This document shows positions 41,626 to 50,766 of a DNA stretch of 53,578 nucleotides, in pieces. The translations under genes were made by a program, and so were the position numbers. Numbering within the stretch: position 1 is the stretch's first letter; every line of letters begins with the position of its first letter. Below the pieces are notes generated by a model. That model was given only the letters and a program-made list of their open reading frames with translations. It made no database searches and was not told where the DNA came from. This DNA comes from Thermococcus sp. GTDB taxonomy: Archaea; Methanobacteriota_B; Thermococci; Thermococcales; Thermococcaceae. The DNA lies in assembly GCA_015523195.1 (NCBI GenBank), contig WAKU01000024.1:1-53578 (forward strand). The letters run 5' to 3'.

Positions 41626-41730
41626 AAAATTTTGGGTTCCCTTCAATGTCCTACTATATTCTTCAACGCACTTAAACCTGCCGGCAAACTATTTTAATGC
41701 ATCCGTCAACTCCACCCGGAGGAGGTAGCC

Positions 41731-43605
41731 ATGTCCCTCGAAAGGCTGGAGAGGATGCTGAACAGGGAGCAGTTTGAAAAGGTGAAGGCCATAGACAACC
41801 CCGAGCTCCACAGGTTTCTCGCGGACTGGATCGAGTGGCTCGAGCCCGAGAAGGTCTTCGTGTGCACAGACAGCGAGGAGGACGAACAGCACGTCCGCTG
41901 GAAGGCCCTCTACTACGGGGAGGAGAAGATGCTTGAGACGCCGAACCACACGGTTCACTACGACAGCTACTACGACCAGGCCAGGGACAAGGCCAACACG
42001 GCCATACTGACGCCGGGCGGCAGAAAGCTTCCCTTCCTCAACACGAAGGACAGGGATGAAGGCCTCAGGGAGATAAAGGAGCTCATGAAGGGGATAATGC
42101 ACGGCAAAGAGCTTTTCGTCTGCTTCTTCGTTTTAGGGCCGAGGAACTCGATTTTCACGATTCCAGCGGTTCAGCTCACTGATTCTGCTTACGTTGCCCA
42201 CTCGGAGTTCATCCTCTACAGAAAGGGCTACGAGGAGTTCAGAAGGCTCGGAAGGGCCGCGAGGTTCTTCAGGTTCGTTCACAGCGAGGGGGAGCTCGAC
42301 GAGAGGAAGACTAGCAAGAACCTCGATAGGAGGAGGATCTACATCGACCTTGAGGACGAGACCGTCTACTCCGTCAACACCCAGTACGGAGGGAACACGA
42401 TCGGGCTCAAGAAGCCGGCTTTCAGGCTTACCATCAAGAGGGCCGTCGAAGAGGGCTGGCTCAGCGAGCACATGTTCCTCATGCGCGTGAACGGCCCGCA
42501 CGGCAGGAAAACCTACTTTACAGGAGCTTACCCGAGCATGTGCGGGAAGACCTCAACGGCCATGGTTCCGTGGGAGAACATAGTTGGTGACGATCTGACG
42601 TTCATCCTCCAGGTTGACGGGCGGGCGAGGGGAGCCAACGTGGAGAAGGGCGTCTTCGGCATAATCCAGGGGGTGAACCAGGAGGACGACCCCATAATAT
42701 GGAAGGTCCTTCACTCGCCGGTTGAGATAATCTTCTCGAACGTCCTCGTCAAGGATGGAAAGCCCTACTGGAACGGCATGGGCATCGAGATACCCTCCGA
42801 TGGTGAGAACCACAGCGGTGAGTGGTGGCGCGGGAAGAAAGATGAAGAGGGCAACGAGATACCGCCGAGCCACAAGAACGCCCGCTTCACAGTTTCGCTT
42901 GAACACTTCCCCAACGTTGATATGGAGGCCCTTGAGAGTCCCTGCGGTGTTGAAATCGGCGGGATGATCTTCGGCGGCAGAGACGCCGACACTTGGCCGC
43001 CGGTGAGGGAAGCTTTTGATTGGGAGCACGGGGTTATAACGATGGGGGCATCGCTCGAGAGCGAGACGACAGCGGCAACGCTCGGAAAGGAGGGCGTTAG
43101 GGCCTTCAACGCCATGGCGATACTCGACTTCATGAGCGTCCACCTCGGGGACTACATAAGGAACTACCTCGATTTCGGGAGGAAGCTGAAGAGGGCCCCG
43201 AAGATCTTCGCCGTCAACTACTTCCTCCGCGAGAACGGGCAGTGGCTCAACCACAAACTCGACAAGGGCGTCTGGCTCAAGTGGATGGAGCTGAGGGTTC
43301 ACAACGACGTTGATGCAATAGAGACACCGATCGGTTACATCCCGAGGTACCGCGACCTGGTAAAGCTCTTCAAGGACGTCCTCGGCAAGGACTACACGAG
43401 GGGTGACTACGAGAAGCAGTTCACGATACGGGTTCCCGAGCTCTTAGGGAAGCTGGACAGGGTGGAGAGGATCTACCGGGAGACCGTTAGGGAGGTTCCG
43501 GAGAGGCTCTTTGAGGTTCTTGACGAGGAGAGGAAGCGCCTGCTTGAGGCCAGAGAGAGGTATGGGGACTACATAAGTCCCTTTGCCCTTGAAGAAAAGC
43601 TTTAA
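41731..43605 (+). CDS. pckG: Phosphoenolpyruvate carboxykinase (GTP)
   Basis: TQYGGNTIGLKK, WLSEHM, AYPSMCGKTS, IVGDD, HKNARF, IFGGRD. Confidence 0.96.
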   Translation: MSLERLERMLNREQFEKVKAIDNPELHRFLADWIEWLEPEKVFVCTDSEEDEQHVRWKALYYGEEKMLETPNHTVHYDSYYDQARDKANTAILTPGGRKLPFLNTKDRDEGLREIKELMKGIMHGKELFVCFFVLGPRNSIFTIPAVQLTDSAYVAHSEFILYRKGYEEFRRLGRAARFFRFVHSEGELDERKTSKNLDRRRIYIDLEDETVYSVNTQYGGNTIGLKKPAFRLTIKRAVEEGWLSEHMFLMRVNGPHGRKTYFTGAYPSMCGKTSTAMVPWENIVGDDLTFILQVDGRARGANVEKGVFGIIQGVNQEDDPIIWKVLHSPVEIIFSNVLVKDGKPYWNGMGIEIPSDGENHSGEWWRGKKDEEGNEIPPSHKNARFTVSLEHFPNVDMEALESPCGVEIGGMIFGGRDADTWPPVREAFDWEHGVITMGASLESETTAATLGKEGVRAFNAMAILDFMSVHLGDYIRNYLDFGRKLKRAPKIFAVNYFLRENGQWLNHKLDKGVWLKWMELRVHNDVDAIETPIGYIPRYRDLVKLFKDVLGKDYTRGDYEKQFTIRVPELLGKLDRVERIYRETVREVPERLFEVLDEERKRLLEARERYGDYISPFALEEKL

Positions 43606-43629
43606 ATTTTAACTTTTTCACCATTCTCT

Positions 43630-44985
43630 GTGAAGATTGGGGAACTTCACGGACATCCAATTTCGATTGAGGTTCTCCTCAGGGACGGGAGGCTCGTTAT
43701 GAGGCCCTCAGTTTACACCCGCGAACGGGGCTGGGTTAAGTTAGAGGGCGTTCAGGGAACGGCACTCCTCGAGTGGCTTCTCCTCCTGCCGGTCTGGCAT
43801 TACTGGGGTGGCTATGTTCCACCGGTTCCATTTGGAGAAAATTTCAAGATGGCCGATGGCTACGTTTGCATGATGGATAGGTGCGTGAACTTGAAGCGTC
43901 TCCTAAAAGAATCTGTGGTCATGACGTATCTGTTCCTACGGGATCACGCCGGAGAGATAAACCGTCTCCTGCTGGAGATGGGGCAAAATCCCATCAACTA
44001 CGCAGGCCTTGGCAAAGCGTACAGGAAGGCTGTGGAAGTCTACCGTGAGATGAATGGGAAGCCGTGGTTCCTCCTGCGCCCGAAGTTCAGGGGCAGGGTG
44101 CTTGAGTTCTGCATTGACTTTTCAACGTACGACTCCTGCGATTTGGAATACGCATGGGGAGAGCTGAAGGTTATGGACGCTCCCCTCGGGAGCTGGTTCA
44201 TCGAAAACATGAAAGGTGCGTGTGTGGACTTCTACGGCTTCGTGCAGGAGCTCCTTCACGTTGCACACTCAATAGTCACGGGTCGCGACAAACTCCATGT
44301 GTACGACCTCGAAGACGCCCTGGATGAAAACCTGCCCGTTAGAGAGGATTCACTGATCATACGGACGTCTCTCTTCTTCCAGTTCCTCGATTTCTACTTT
44401 GAGGTACCCCATGATGGGAAGATGCTTAGAATACACCGCGTGAACGAAATGGGTGGCTGGTTCCCAAAGATTGAGACCGTTGAGGTGCCCCTGGATGATT
44501 TCCTTCACGATGTCATCGCTCTTGGGAGGTGGTACTTCGAAAATTTCGAGGTCTTCTGGAAAATCGAGGAGACTGTATTCAATGTTTCAAAGAGGGACTA
44601 CTACAGGAGTATAATGAACGTGTACCTCTCAACTCTCGGCGCGATGAAAAAGAAGAAGGGAAAGGAACGGGTTCCAACACCTCTCTCAAAGAGGTACAGG
44701 GCGTGGACGCTTTTATGCAAAAGCGAGGAGCTCCCCGTGGAAGTCAGCGGGCACATCTTCAAGCTTCGGGAACTGACATCCGAGCCTTCTGAGGTGGTAG
44801 ACGAAATCAAAAGAGAGCTCACAAGGATATACGGCAGATACCGGAACCCGTTTTCGGAGATGGGCGATACCTTTGAAATCCGGCTCAAAGCTCCCCCCGG
44901 ATACCTCCCCGGTTCTGAACTCGTTCTAACGTTGAAGAAACACTGGAAGAGACAGTACAAGCTCGTGAAAATCAGAGTCTTGTGA
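43630..44985 (+). CDS. Hypothetical protein (orphan, probably leaderless)
   Basis: 451-codon ORF filling the gap between pck and malP; GTG start without SD, 24 nt after gaaaagcTTTAAA; no family recognised. Confidence 0.65.
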   Translation: MKIGELHGHPISIEVLLRDGRLVMRPSVYTRERGWVKLEGVQGTALLEWLLLLPVWHYWGGYVPPVPFGENFKMADGYVCMMDRCVNLKRLLKESVVMTYLFLRDHAGEINRLLLEMGQNPINYAGLGKAYRKAVEVYREMNGKPWFLLRPKFRGRVLEFCIDFSTYDSCDLEYAWGELKVMDAPLGSWFIENMKGACVDFYGFVQELLHVAHSIVTGRDKLHVYDLEDALDENLPVREDSLIIRTSLFFQFLDFYFEVPHDGKMLRIHRVNEMGGWFPKIETVEVPLDDFLHDVIALGRWYFENFEVFWKIEETVFNVSKRDYYRSIMNVYLSTLGAMKKKKGKERVPTPLSKRYRAWTLLCKSEELPVEVSGHIFKLRELTSEPSEVVDEIKRELTRIYGRYRNPFSEMGDTFEIRLKAPPGYLPGSELVLTLKKHWKRQYKLVKIRVL

Positions 44986-45035
44986 ACTTCGTCACATGAC
45001 GAGGGGCAGTTTTTTAAGGTTGAGGGGCAATCCTG

Positions 45036-45052
45036 TATCACTTGAAATGATA
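45036..45052 (+). promoter_or_regulatory. Thermococcales glycolytic motif (TGM) downstream of the malP TATA box
   Basis: TATCAC-ttgaa-ATGATA (1 mismatch) between ttttaa (about 45012-17) and the SD. Confidence 0.75.
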
Positions 45053-45064
45053 TAGGTGGTCCTT

Positions 45065-47560
45065 ATGCAGGCGTTCTACTCAACCGAGGATGCAATAAAG
45101 AGGAAGCTCCCGTATCCAATGAAGGACCTCGTGGGGATTGCCTACAACTACTGGTGGAGCTGGAACAGGCGCGCCACCAAGATGTGGGAACACATTGACC
45201 CCGCCCACTGGAGGGAGTATAAAAACCCCCTTAAGCTTCTCCTCGATACCCCGCCCAGCAGGTTCAAGGAGCTCCTTAGGGATGACGACTTCATGAACCT
45301 GTATGAGCTCGTTGTCGACCAGTTTGAGGGCTACATGAACCCCACCTCGACCTGGTTCTCGACCAACTATCCCAAGTGGGACAAGCCCATAGTCTACCTC
45401 TGTATGGAATACGGGATAAGCAAGAGCCTGCCCATCTACTCCGGCGGCCTCGGGATACTCGCTGGGGACCACGTCAAGACCGCCAGCGACCTCGGGCTGC
45501 CTTTCATAGCCATCGGACTCCTCTACAAGCACGGCTACTTCAAACAGGAGATCGACAGAAACGGCAACCAGCTTGAAATGTTTCCCGAGTACAGGCCCGA
45601 GGAAATGCCGCTGAGGCCAGTCCTCGACAGAAACGGCAACCTGCTCCTTATCGAGGTTCCGGTTGAGGACAGGATCGTCTACGCGCGGGCCTTCGAAGTC
45701 GAGGTTGGGAGGGTTAGGATGTACCTCCTCGACACGGACGTCCCCGAGAACAGCCCTGACGACAGGAGGATATGCGACTACCTCTACAACGCCGAGCTGG
45801 ACAAGAGGATAAAGCAGGAGATACTCTTGGGAATAGGTGGGATGAGGCTCCTCAAGGCCCTTGGAATAGAGCCCGGCGTGGTTCACCTCAACGAGGGGCA
45901 CCCGGCCTTTGCGAACCTCCAGAGGATAGCGTGGTACATGGACGGGGGGCTCACCTTCACCGAGGCCCTGAGCATCGTGAGGGGCACGACTATATTCACA
46001 ACCCACACCCCGGTTCCAGCCGGCCACGACAGGTTCCCCGTGGAGGAGGTTAAGAAGAGACTCGCCAAGTTCCTCGAAGGCAGGGGCGAGATCCTCGAAC
46101 TCGGCCGCGAGGGGGATCAGATCAACATGACCCTCCTTGCTATACGGACGTCGAGCTACGTGAACGGCGTCAGCAAGCTGCACGCTGAGGTTACCAAGAG
46201 GATGTGGGCCCACCTCTGGCCCGAGGTCCCCCTCGACGAGATACCGATAGAGGCCATAACCAACGGCATACACACGATGACCTGGGTTCACAACGAGGTC
46301 AGGAAGCTCTTCGATCGCTACATAGGCAGGGTCTGGCGCGAGCACACGAACCTTGAGGGCATCTGGTACGCGGTGGAGAGGATACCCGATGAGGAGCTCT
46401 GGGAGGCCCATGTCGAGGCCAAGAGGCAGTTCATAGCCTTTATAAGGCAGAAGGCCCTTGAGCGCAACGAGAGGCTGGGCACCGACGATCCCATACCGGC
46501 CATGGACGAGGAGTCCCTTATCATAGGGTTTGCGAGGCGCTTCGCCACTTACAAGAGGGCCACGCTGATCCTGACCGACTTGGAGCGGCTCAAAAGGATA
46601 TTGAACAACCCTGACAGGCCAGTCTACATCGTCTTCGGCGGAAAGGCCCATCCGCGCGATGAGGCCGGGAAGGAGTTCCTCAGGCGCGTGTACGAGGTCA
46701 GCAGGATGCCCGAGTTCAGGGGAAAGATATTCGTGATAGAGAACTACGACATAGGGAGCGCCAGGCTCATGGTGGCCGGCGTTGACGTCTGGCTCAACAC
46801 CCCGAGGAGGCCCCTTGAGGCGAGCGGGACGAGCGGAATGAAAGCCGGGCTAAACGGCGTTCTGAACGCGAGCATATTCGACGGCTGGTGGGTTGAGGGC
46901 TACAACGGGGTGAACGGATGGGTCATAGGTGAGGAGAGCACCGAGCCAGAGGAAGAGGGGGACGACGAGAAGGACGCAAGGGCCCTCTACGACCTCTTGG
47001 AGATGGAGATAATCCCGACCTACTACGACAACCGTGAGCGCTGGGTTCACATGATGAAGGAGAGCATAAAGAGCATAGCCCCGCGCTTCAGCACCCACAG
47101 GATGGTGAAGCAGTACATGGACAGGTTCTACTCGAGGGCCATGAGCAACCACATATGGGCCACGAGGGAGAACTACCGGTGGGCGAAGGAGGTGGCCGCC
47201 TGGAAGGACAGGGTACTCTCCTCATGGTCGAAGGTTGAGTTCAAGGAGGCGACGATAAACGGGGACAGATCCGAGCTGAGAGTCATCCTGGACTTGGACG
47301 ACCTCAGTCCAGAGGACGTTAAGGTTGAGCTCTACTACGGAGTCAGGGCCCAGGGCTACAACATAGAGAGACCGCATATACTCGAGCTCAGGCATCCCAA
47401 GCGTCTTGAAGACGGAACCTGGCTCTACGCCTACCAGAACGGTGCCCTCAGGCACCTCGGCGACCCCTGCTGGCACTACGCGCTCCGGGTGTACCCCCAC
47501 CACGACAAGCTCCCCCACAAGTTCCTCCTCGGCCTCGTCAAGTGGAGATCTTTAGACTGA
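45065..47560 (+). CDS. malP: Maltodextrin/alpha-glucan phosphorylase
   Basis: YSGGLGILAGD, HLNEGH, FTTHTP, ITNGIH, FARRFATYKR, EASGTSGMK PLP site. Confidence 0.96.
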   Translation: MQAFYSTEDAIKRKLPYPMKDLVGIAYNYWWSWNRRATKMWEHIDPAHWREYKNPLKLLLDTPPSRFKELLRDDDFMNLYELVVDQFEGYMNPTSTWFSTNYPKWDKPIVYLCMEYGISKSLPIYSGGLGILAGDHVKTASDLGLPFIAIGLLYKHGYFKQEIDRNGNQLEMFPEYRPEEMPLRPVLDRNGNLLLIEVPVEDRIVYARAFEVEVGRVRMYLLDTDVPENSPDDRRICDYLYNAELDKRIKQEILLGIGGMRLLKALGIEPGVVHLNEGHPAFANLQRIAWYMDGGLTFTEALSIVRGTTIFTTHTPVPAGHDRFPVEEVKKRLAKFLEGRGEILELGREGDQINMTLLAIRTSSYVNGVSKLHAEVTKRMWAHLWPEVPLDEIPIEAITNGIHTMTWVHNEVRKLFDRYIGRVWREHTNLEGIWYAVERIPDEELWEAHVEAKRQFIAFIRQKALERNERLGTDDPIPAMDEESLIIGFARRFATYKRATLILTDLERLKRILNNPDRPVYIVFGGKAHPRDEAGKEFLRRVYEVSRMPEFRGKIFVIENYDIGSARLMVAGVDVWLNTPRRPLEASGTSGMKAGLNGVLNASIFDGWWVEGYNGVNGWVIGEESTEPEEEGDDEKDARALYDLLEMEIIPTYYDNRERWVHMMKESIKSIAPRFSTHRMVKQYMDRFYSRAMSNHIWATRENYRWAKEVAAWKDRVLSSWSKVEFKEATINGDRSELRVILDLDDLSPEDVKVELYYGVRAQGYNIERPHILELRHPKRLEDGTWLYAYQNGALRHLGDPCWHYALRVYPHHDKLPHKFLLGLVKWRSLD

Positions 47561-47690
47561 GAATGTTTTACTTTTCTCTCATTTCATCACAGAGGGGCAC
47601 ACTCATCCCCGGGACGTCAACTCCGTGATGGGCAACTGTTTTAAGTTTAGGCACCCAACTCTTTAGGACAACCTCCCCGGGGTGAAGGAC

Positions 47691-48980
47691 ATGGATCAAA
47701 TTAAAAAGTGGACGTTCTACCTGACGATACTCGTGGCTGGTTTCGCAACTGGTATAGGGACGATAGGTCTCTTCCCCCAGATGTGGCTCAAGTACGGCAT
47801 GAGCGGCATGGTGGTGCACGTGATTTTCTTGGCGATACTGACGTACCTCGCTATAATCGAGTCGGAGGCCGTGATGAAGTCCGGCTACTACTTCACTGAG
47901 CTCTACACCAAGATCTCAAGGAAGCCCGGTATGGTCATGGCCCTGCTAACTGTGGGCATAATGTTCCTCTCCTACTACACCGCCAACGTTGGGCTGACCC
48001 TCCTCTCGCCCGTGCTCGGCGTGGGGACTGTGGCCAGGCTGATCGCCAAGCTCATCATGATAGGCCTGATATTCCTGATAATAACCCGCGCGAAGGAGAA
48101 AACGTTCGTCATAATGGCCCTCGGAGCCCTTATACTCGTGATCCTGGTTCCGATTATTGCCGTCCTCTTTAAGGTGCAGCTCGCTAACCCCGCCTCCACC
48201 GCCCACTTCAAGGGCCTCCTCACTGCGTGGAGACCGCTGAGCTTCGGGATGCTGAGGGAAGCCGCCGACAGGGCCCTCTACGGGGTCGGCCTCGGCTTTG
48301 GCTTCTACATAATGCTCGGCAGCTTTATGAGCGAGCGCTTTAAGGCCAAGCACATCATAAGCCTCGGTGTCTTCATTCAGTACATCATAGGGATCCTCTC
48401 AACCTACGCCGTTATCTACTCCGTTGCCCCCTACAACCCTGATCTCCTCCAGAGGTACGCCAACGGGGGAGAGGAGCAGGCCATCGAGCTCATGGGTGCC
48501 CTTCCAAAGGTTCTATCCGGCCACCCAGGTCTGCTCGCCCTTTTAGGTCTGACGATATTCATGGCGGGCCTCACGAGCATACTGCCGGCCTCTGAGGTCG
48601 ACCTGCAGATCATCCAGTCCATGTTCAAGACGAACAGGATGAAGGCGGCGGTATACCTCACCCTGATAGTGCTGACCCTCGGGGTCTTGGACTCCCCACC
48701 GCTCATAGCCGACATGTTCCTGAAGGCTGTGAGCACGTCGATATTCATAACCTCGATCTTCGAGATCTACCCCGTGCTCGAGGGAAGGATAAAGCCCACC
48801 CTGCTGCAGCTCTCGACGATCGTCATAGCGGCCACGATATTCCTGATAGGCTTCGCCATCCAGACGGTCTACGATGCCAGGCTCGGCGGGATATACTACC
48901 TCTCCATACTGCTGGCCCTCTTCGTCATCGCCCTTGGCTTCGCGGGGGAGCTGATAAAGCCCAAACCGGAGGCCTCTTAA
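47691..48980 (+). CDS. Sodium-dependent (SNF/NSS-like) transporter
   Basis: About 11 TM segments; GFATGIGTIGLFP and LYGVGLGFG resemble NSS TM1/TM6. Confidence 0.75.
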   Translation: MDQIKKWTFYLTILVAGFATGIGTIGLFPQMWLKYGMSGMVVHVIFLAILTYLAIIESEAVMKSGYYFTELYTKISRKPGMVMALLTVGIMFLSYYTANVGLTLLSPVLGVGTVARLIAKLIMIGLIFLIITRAKEKTFVIMALGALILVILVPIIAVLFKVQLANPASTAHFKGLLTAWRPLSFGMLREAADRALYGVGLGFGFYIMLGSFMSERFKAKHIISLGVFIQYIIGILSTYAVIYSVAPYNPDLLQRYANGGEEQAIELMGALPKVLSGHPGLLALLGLTIFMAGLTSILPASEVDLQIIQSMFKTNRMKAAVYLTLIVLTLGVLDSPPLIADMFLKAVSTSIFITSIFEIYPVLEGRIKPTLLQLSTIVIAATIFLIGFAIQTVYDARLGGIYYLSILLALFVIALGFAGELIKPKPEAS

Positions 48981-48981
48981 T

Positions 48982-50697
48982 TCACCTGTGGGCGAATATC
49001 GCCCGCACCTTTCCGTCTTTTACCTCGTCTATTCTAACGAAGCCGAAGCGCTCGAACTGGACTACATCGTCCACTTTAACGTCGGCGTCGCTCTCAAGGA
49101 GGCCCTCTCTCACGAGCAGCTCCTCCCCCTCGGGAACCCAAACCTCGCAGGGCTTTCCTTCGGTTACCCAGTGAACCATCCTCCAGCGCTTCTCCTTCGC
49201 TACCTCGTACTCAACGCTGTGGAAGCGGGCCTTTATTGCCTCCTCACCCGCTTCGACTACCTCGACGTTGAAGAGGTCCTTCAGACGGACGAAGTTTCCC
49301 GGCTTGAAGAGCCCCATGTCGTCCTTCGAAACGTAGACCGGTTTGCCCGGCTCAAACTTCAGCCTCCTGGTTCCCCTTTCCGGGTAGTCCGGGTGAAGGG
49401 GGATCTCGGCTGTGAACTCCTCCGCACCCTCGATGTACATCGGAATCGGATCAGCAACGAAGAAGTAGCGGTTGGCTATCGGCTCGATTATCTTCCTGTT
49501 TATCGCGGCTAAGTTGTCCCAGCTTACCGTGGTGTCGCTCCTCTTCAGGCCAACCTCTATGATCAGTTCCCTTATAGCTTCCGGCCTTATACCACGCCTC
49601 CTTAACGCGCGGATGGTTCCGAGGCGCGGATCGTCCCAGCCGAGGTATTTGCCCTCCTTAATGCCTTTCCTCGTCTTTGACTTGCTGAGGATAACCCCTT
49701 CAATGCTGAGCCTGCCGTGGTGCACAGTTACGGGGTACTCCCAGCCGAAGTAGTCGTAGATGTAGCGCTGCTTCGTCTCGTTCTCGGCGTGCTCCTGCCC
49801 GCGGAAGATGTGGGTGACACCGAGCTCGTGGTCGTCTATCGCCGATGCGAAGTTGTAGAGGGGCCAGACGCGGTACCTGTTGCCCGTCCTCGGGTGGTTG
49901 GGGTTGTCTATGATCCTCAACGCCGGCCAGTCCCTGACCGCTGGATTCGGATGCTTGAGGTCGGTCTTTATCCTGACTACAGCTTCACCCTCCCTGTACT
50001 CTCCGTTCAGCATCTTCCTCCATCTCTCAAGCTGAACTTCCACGGGCTCTTCCCTGTGTGGGCAGGCTATTCCCCTGTCCCTCAGCTCGCGAAACCTCTC
50101 CGGGGGGCAGGTGCAGACGTATGCCTTGCCCATCCTTATCAGCTTCTCTGCGTAGCTGTAGTAGAGCTCAAGCCTGTCGCTTGCGGCGTGGATTTCGTCT
50201 ATTCTGAAATTCAGCCAGTCGAGATCCTCTTTAATCCACTCGTAAAAGATGGGCTCCGGTCTCTTCACCTTCGGATCGGTGTCGTCGAAGCGGAGTATGA
50301 ACTTGCCGTCATACATGCGCGCGTACTCGTGGCTTAGAACAGCGGCCCTCGCGTTCCCGAGGTGGAAGGCGCCGTCCGGGTTTGGGGCGAAACGGGTGAC
50401 AACCTTTCCCCTCTGGGCCTTGGGGAGCGGTGGGAGTCCTCTCCTTTCCTCCTTCCCCTTTTTTTCCTCGAAGAACTCAGGATAAACCTCGCGGAGCTTT
50501 GCCCCCTGCTCTTCGGGGCTTAGCGAGTTAACCCTTTCTACTATCTCGTTCACGAGCGGTATTATCTCCCTGGCCTTCGGCCTGAGCCCGGGGTTCTCAC
50601 CGAGAACCTTCCCTATAACGGCTTTTGGGTTGGCCCTCCCTTTGTGGGCGTAAGCGTTAGCCAGGGCGTACTTCCAGATGAGCTCCTCAACCTCCAT
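48982..50697 (-). CDS. gltX: Glutamyl-tRNA synthetase
   Basis: RFAPNPDGAFHLGN, RFDDTDP, LSKSK, WDDPRLGT, QFERFGF. Confidence 0.97.
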   Translation of the reverse strand: MEVEELIWKYALANAYAHKGRANPKAVIGKVLGENPGLRPKAREIIPLVNEIVERVNSLSPEEQGAKLREVYPEFFEEKKGKEERRGLPPLPKAQRGKVVTRFAPNPDGAFHLGNARAAVLSHEYARMYDGKFILRFDDTDPKVKRPEPIFYEWIKEDLDWLNFRIDEIHAASDRLELYYSYAEKLIRMGKAYVCTCPPERFRELRDRGIACPHREEPVEVQLERWRKMLNGEYREGEAVVRIKTDLKHPNPAVRDWPALRIIDNPNHPRTGNRYRVWPLYNFASAIDDHELGVTHIFRGQEHAENETKQRYIYDYFGWEYPVTVHHGRLSIEGVILSKSKTRKGIKEGKYLGWDDPRLGTIRALRRRGIRPEAIRELIIEVGLKRSDTTVSWDNLAAINRKIIEPIANRYFFVADPIPMYIEGAEEFTAEIPLHPDYPERGTRRLKFEPGKPVYVSKDDMGLFKPGNFVRLKDLFNVEVVEAGEEAIKARFHSVEYEVAKEKRWRMVHWVTEGKPCEVWVPEGEELLVREGLLESDADVKVDDVVQFERFGFVRIDEVKDGKVRAIFAHR

Positions 50698-50766
50698 TCC
50701 AACCACCGGGGAAAGAAGAGGCGGGGGAGTTATAAAGGTTAGTCCCGGAGAAAAGAAGGGAAAGGC

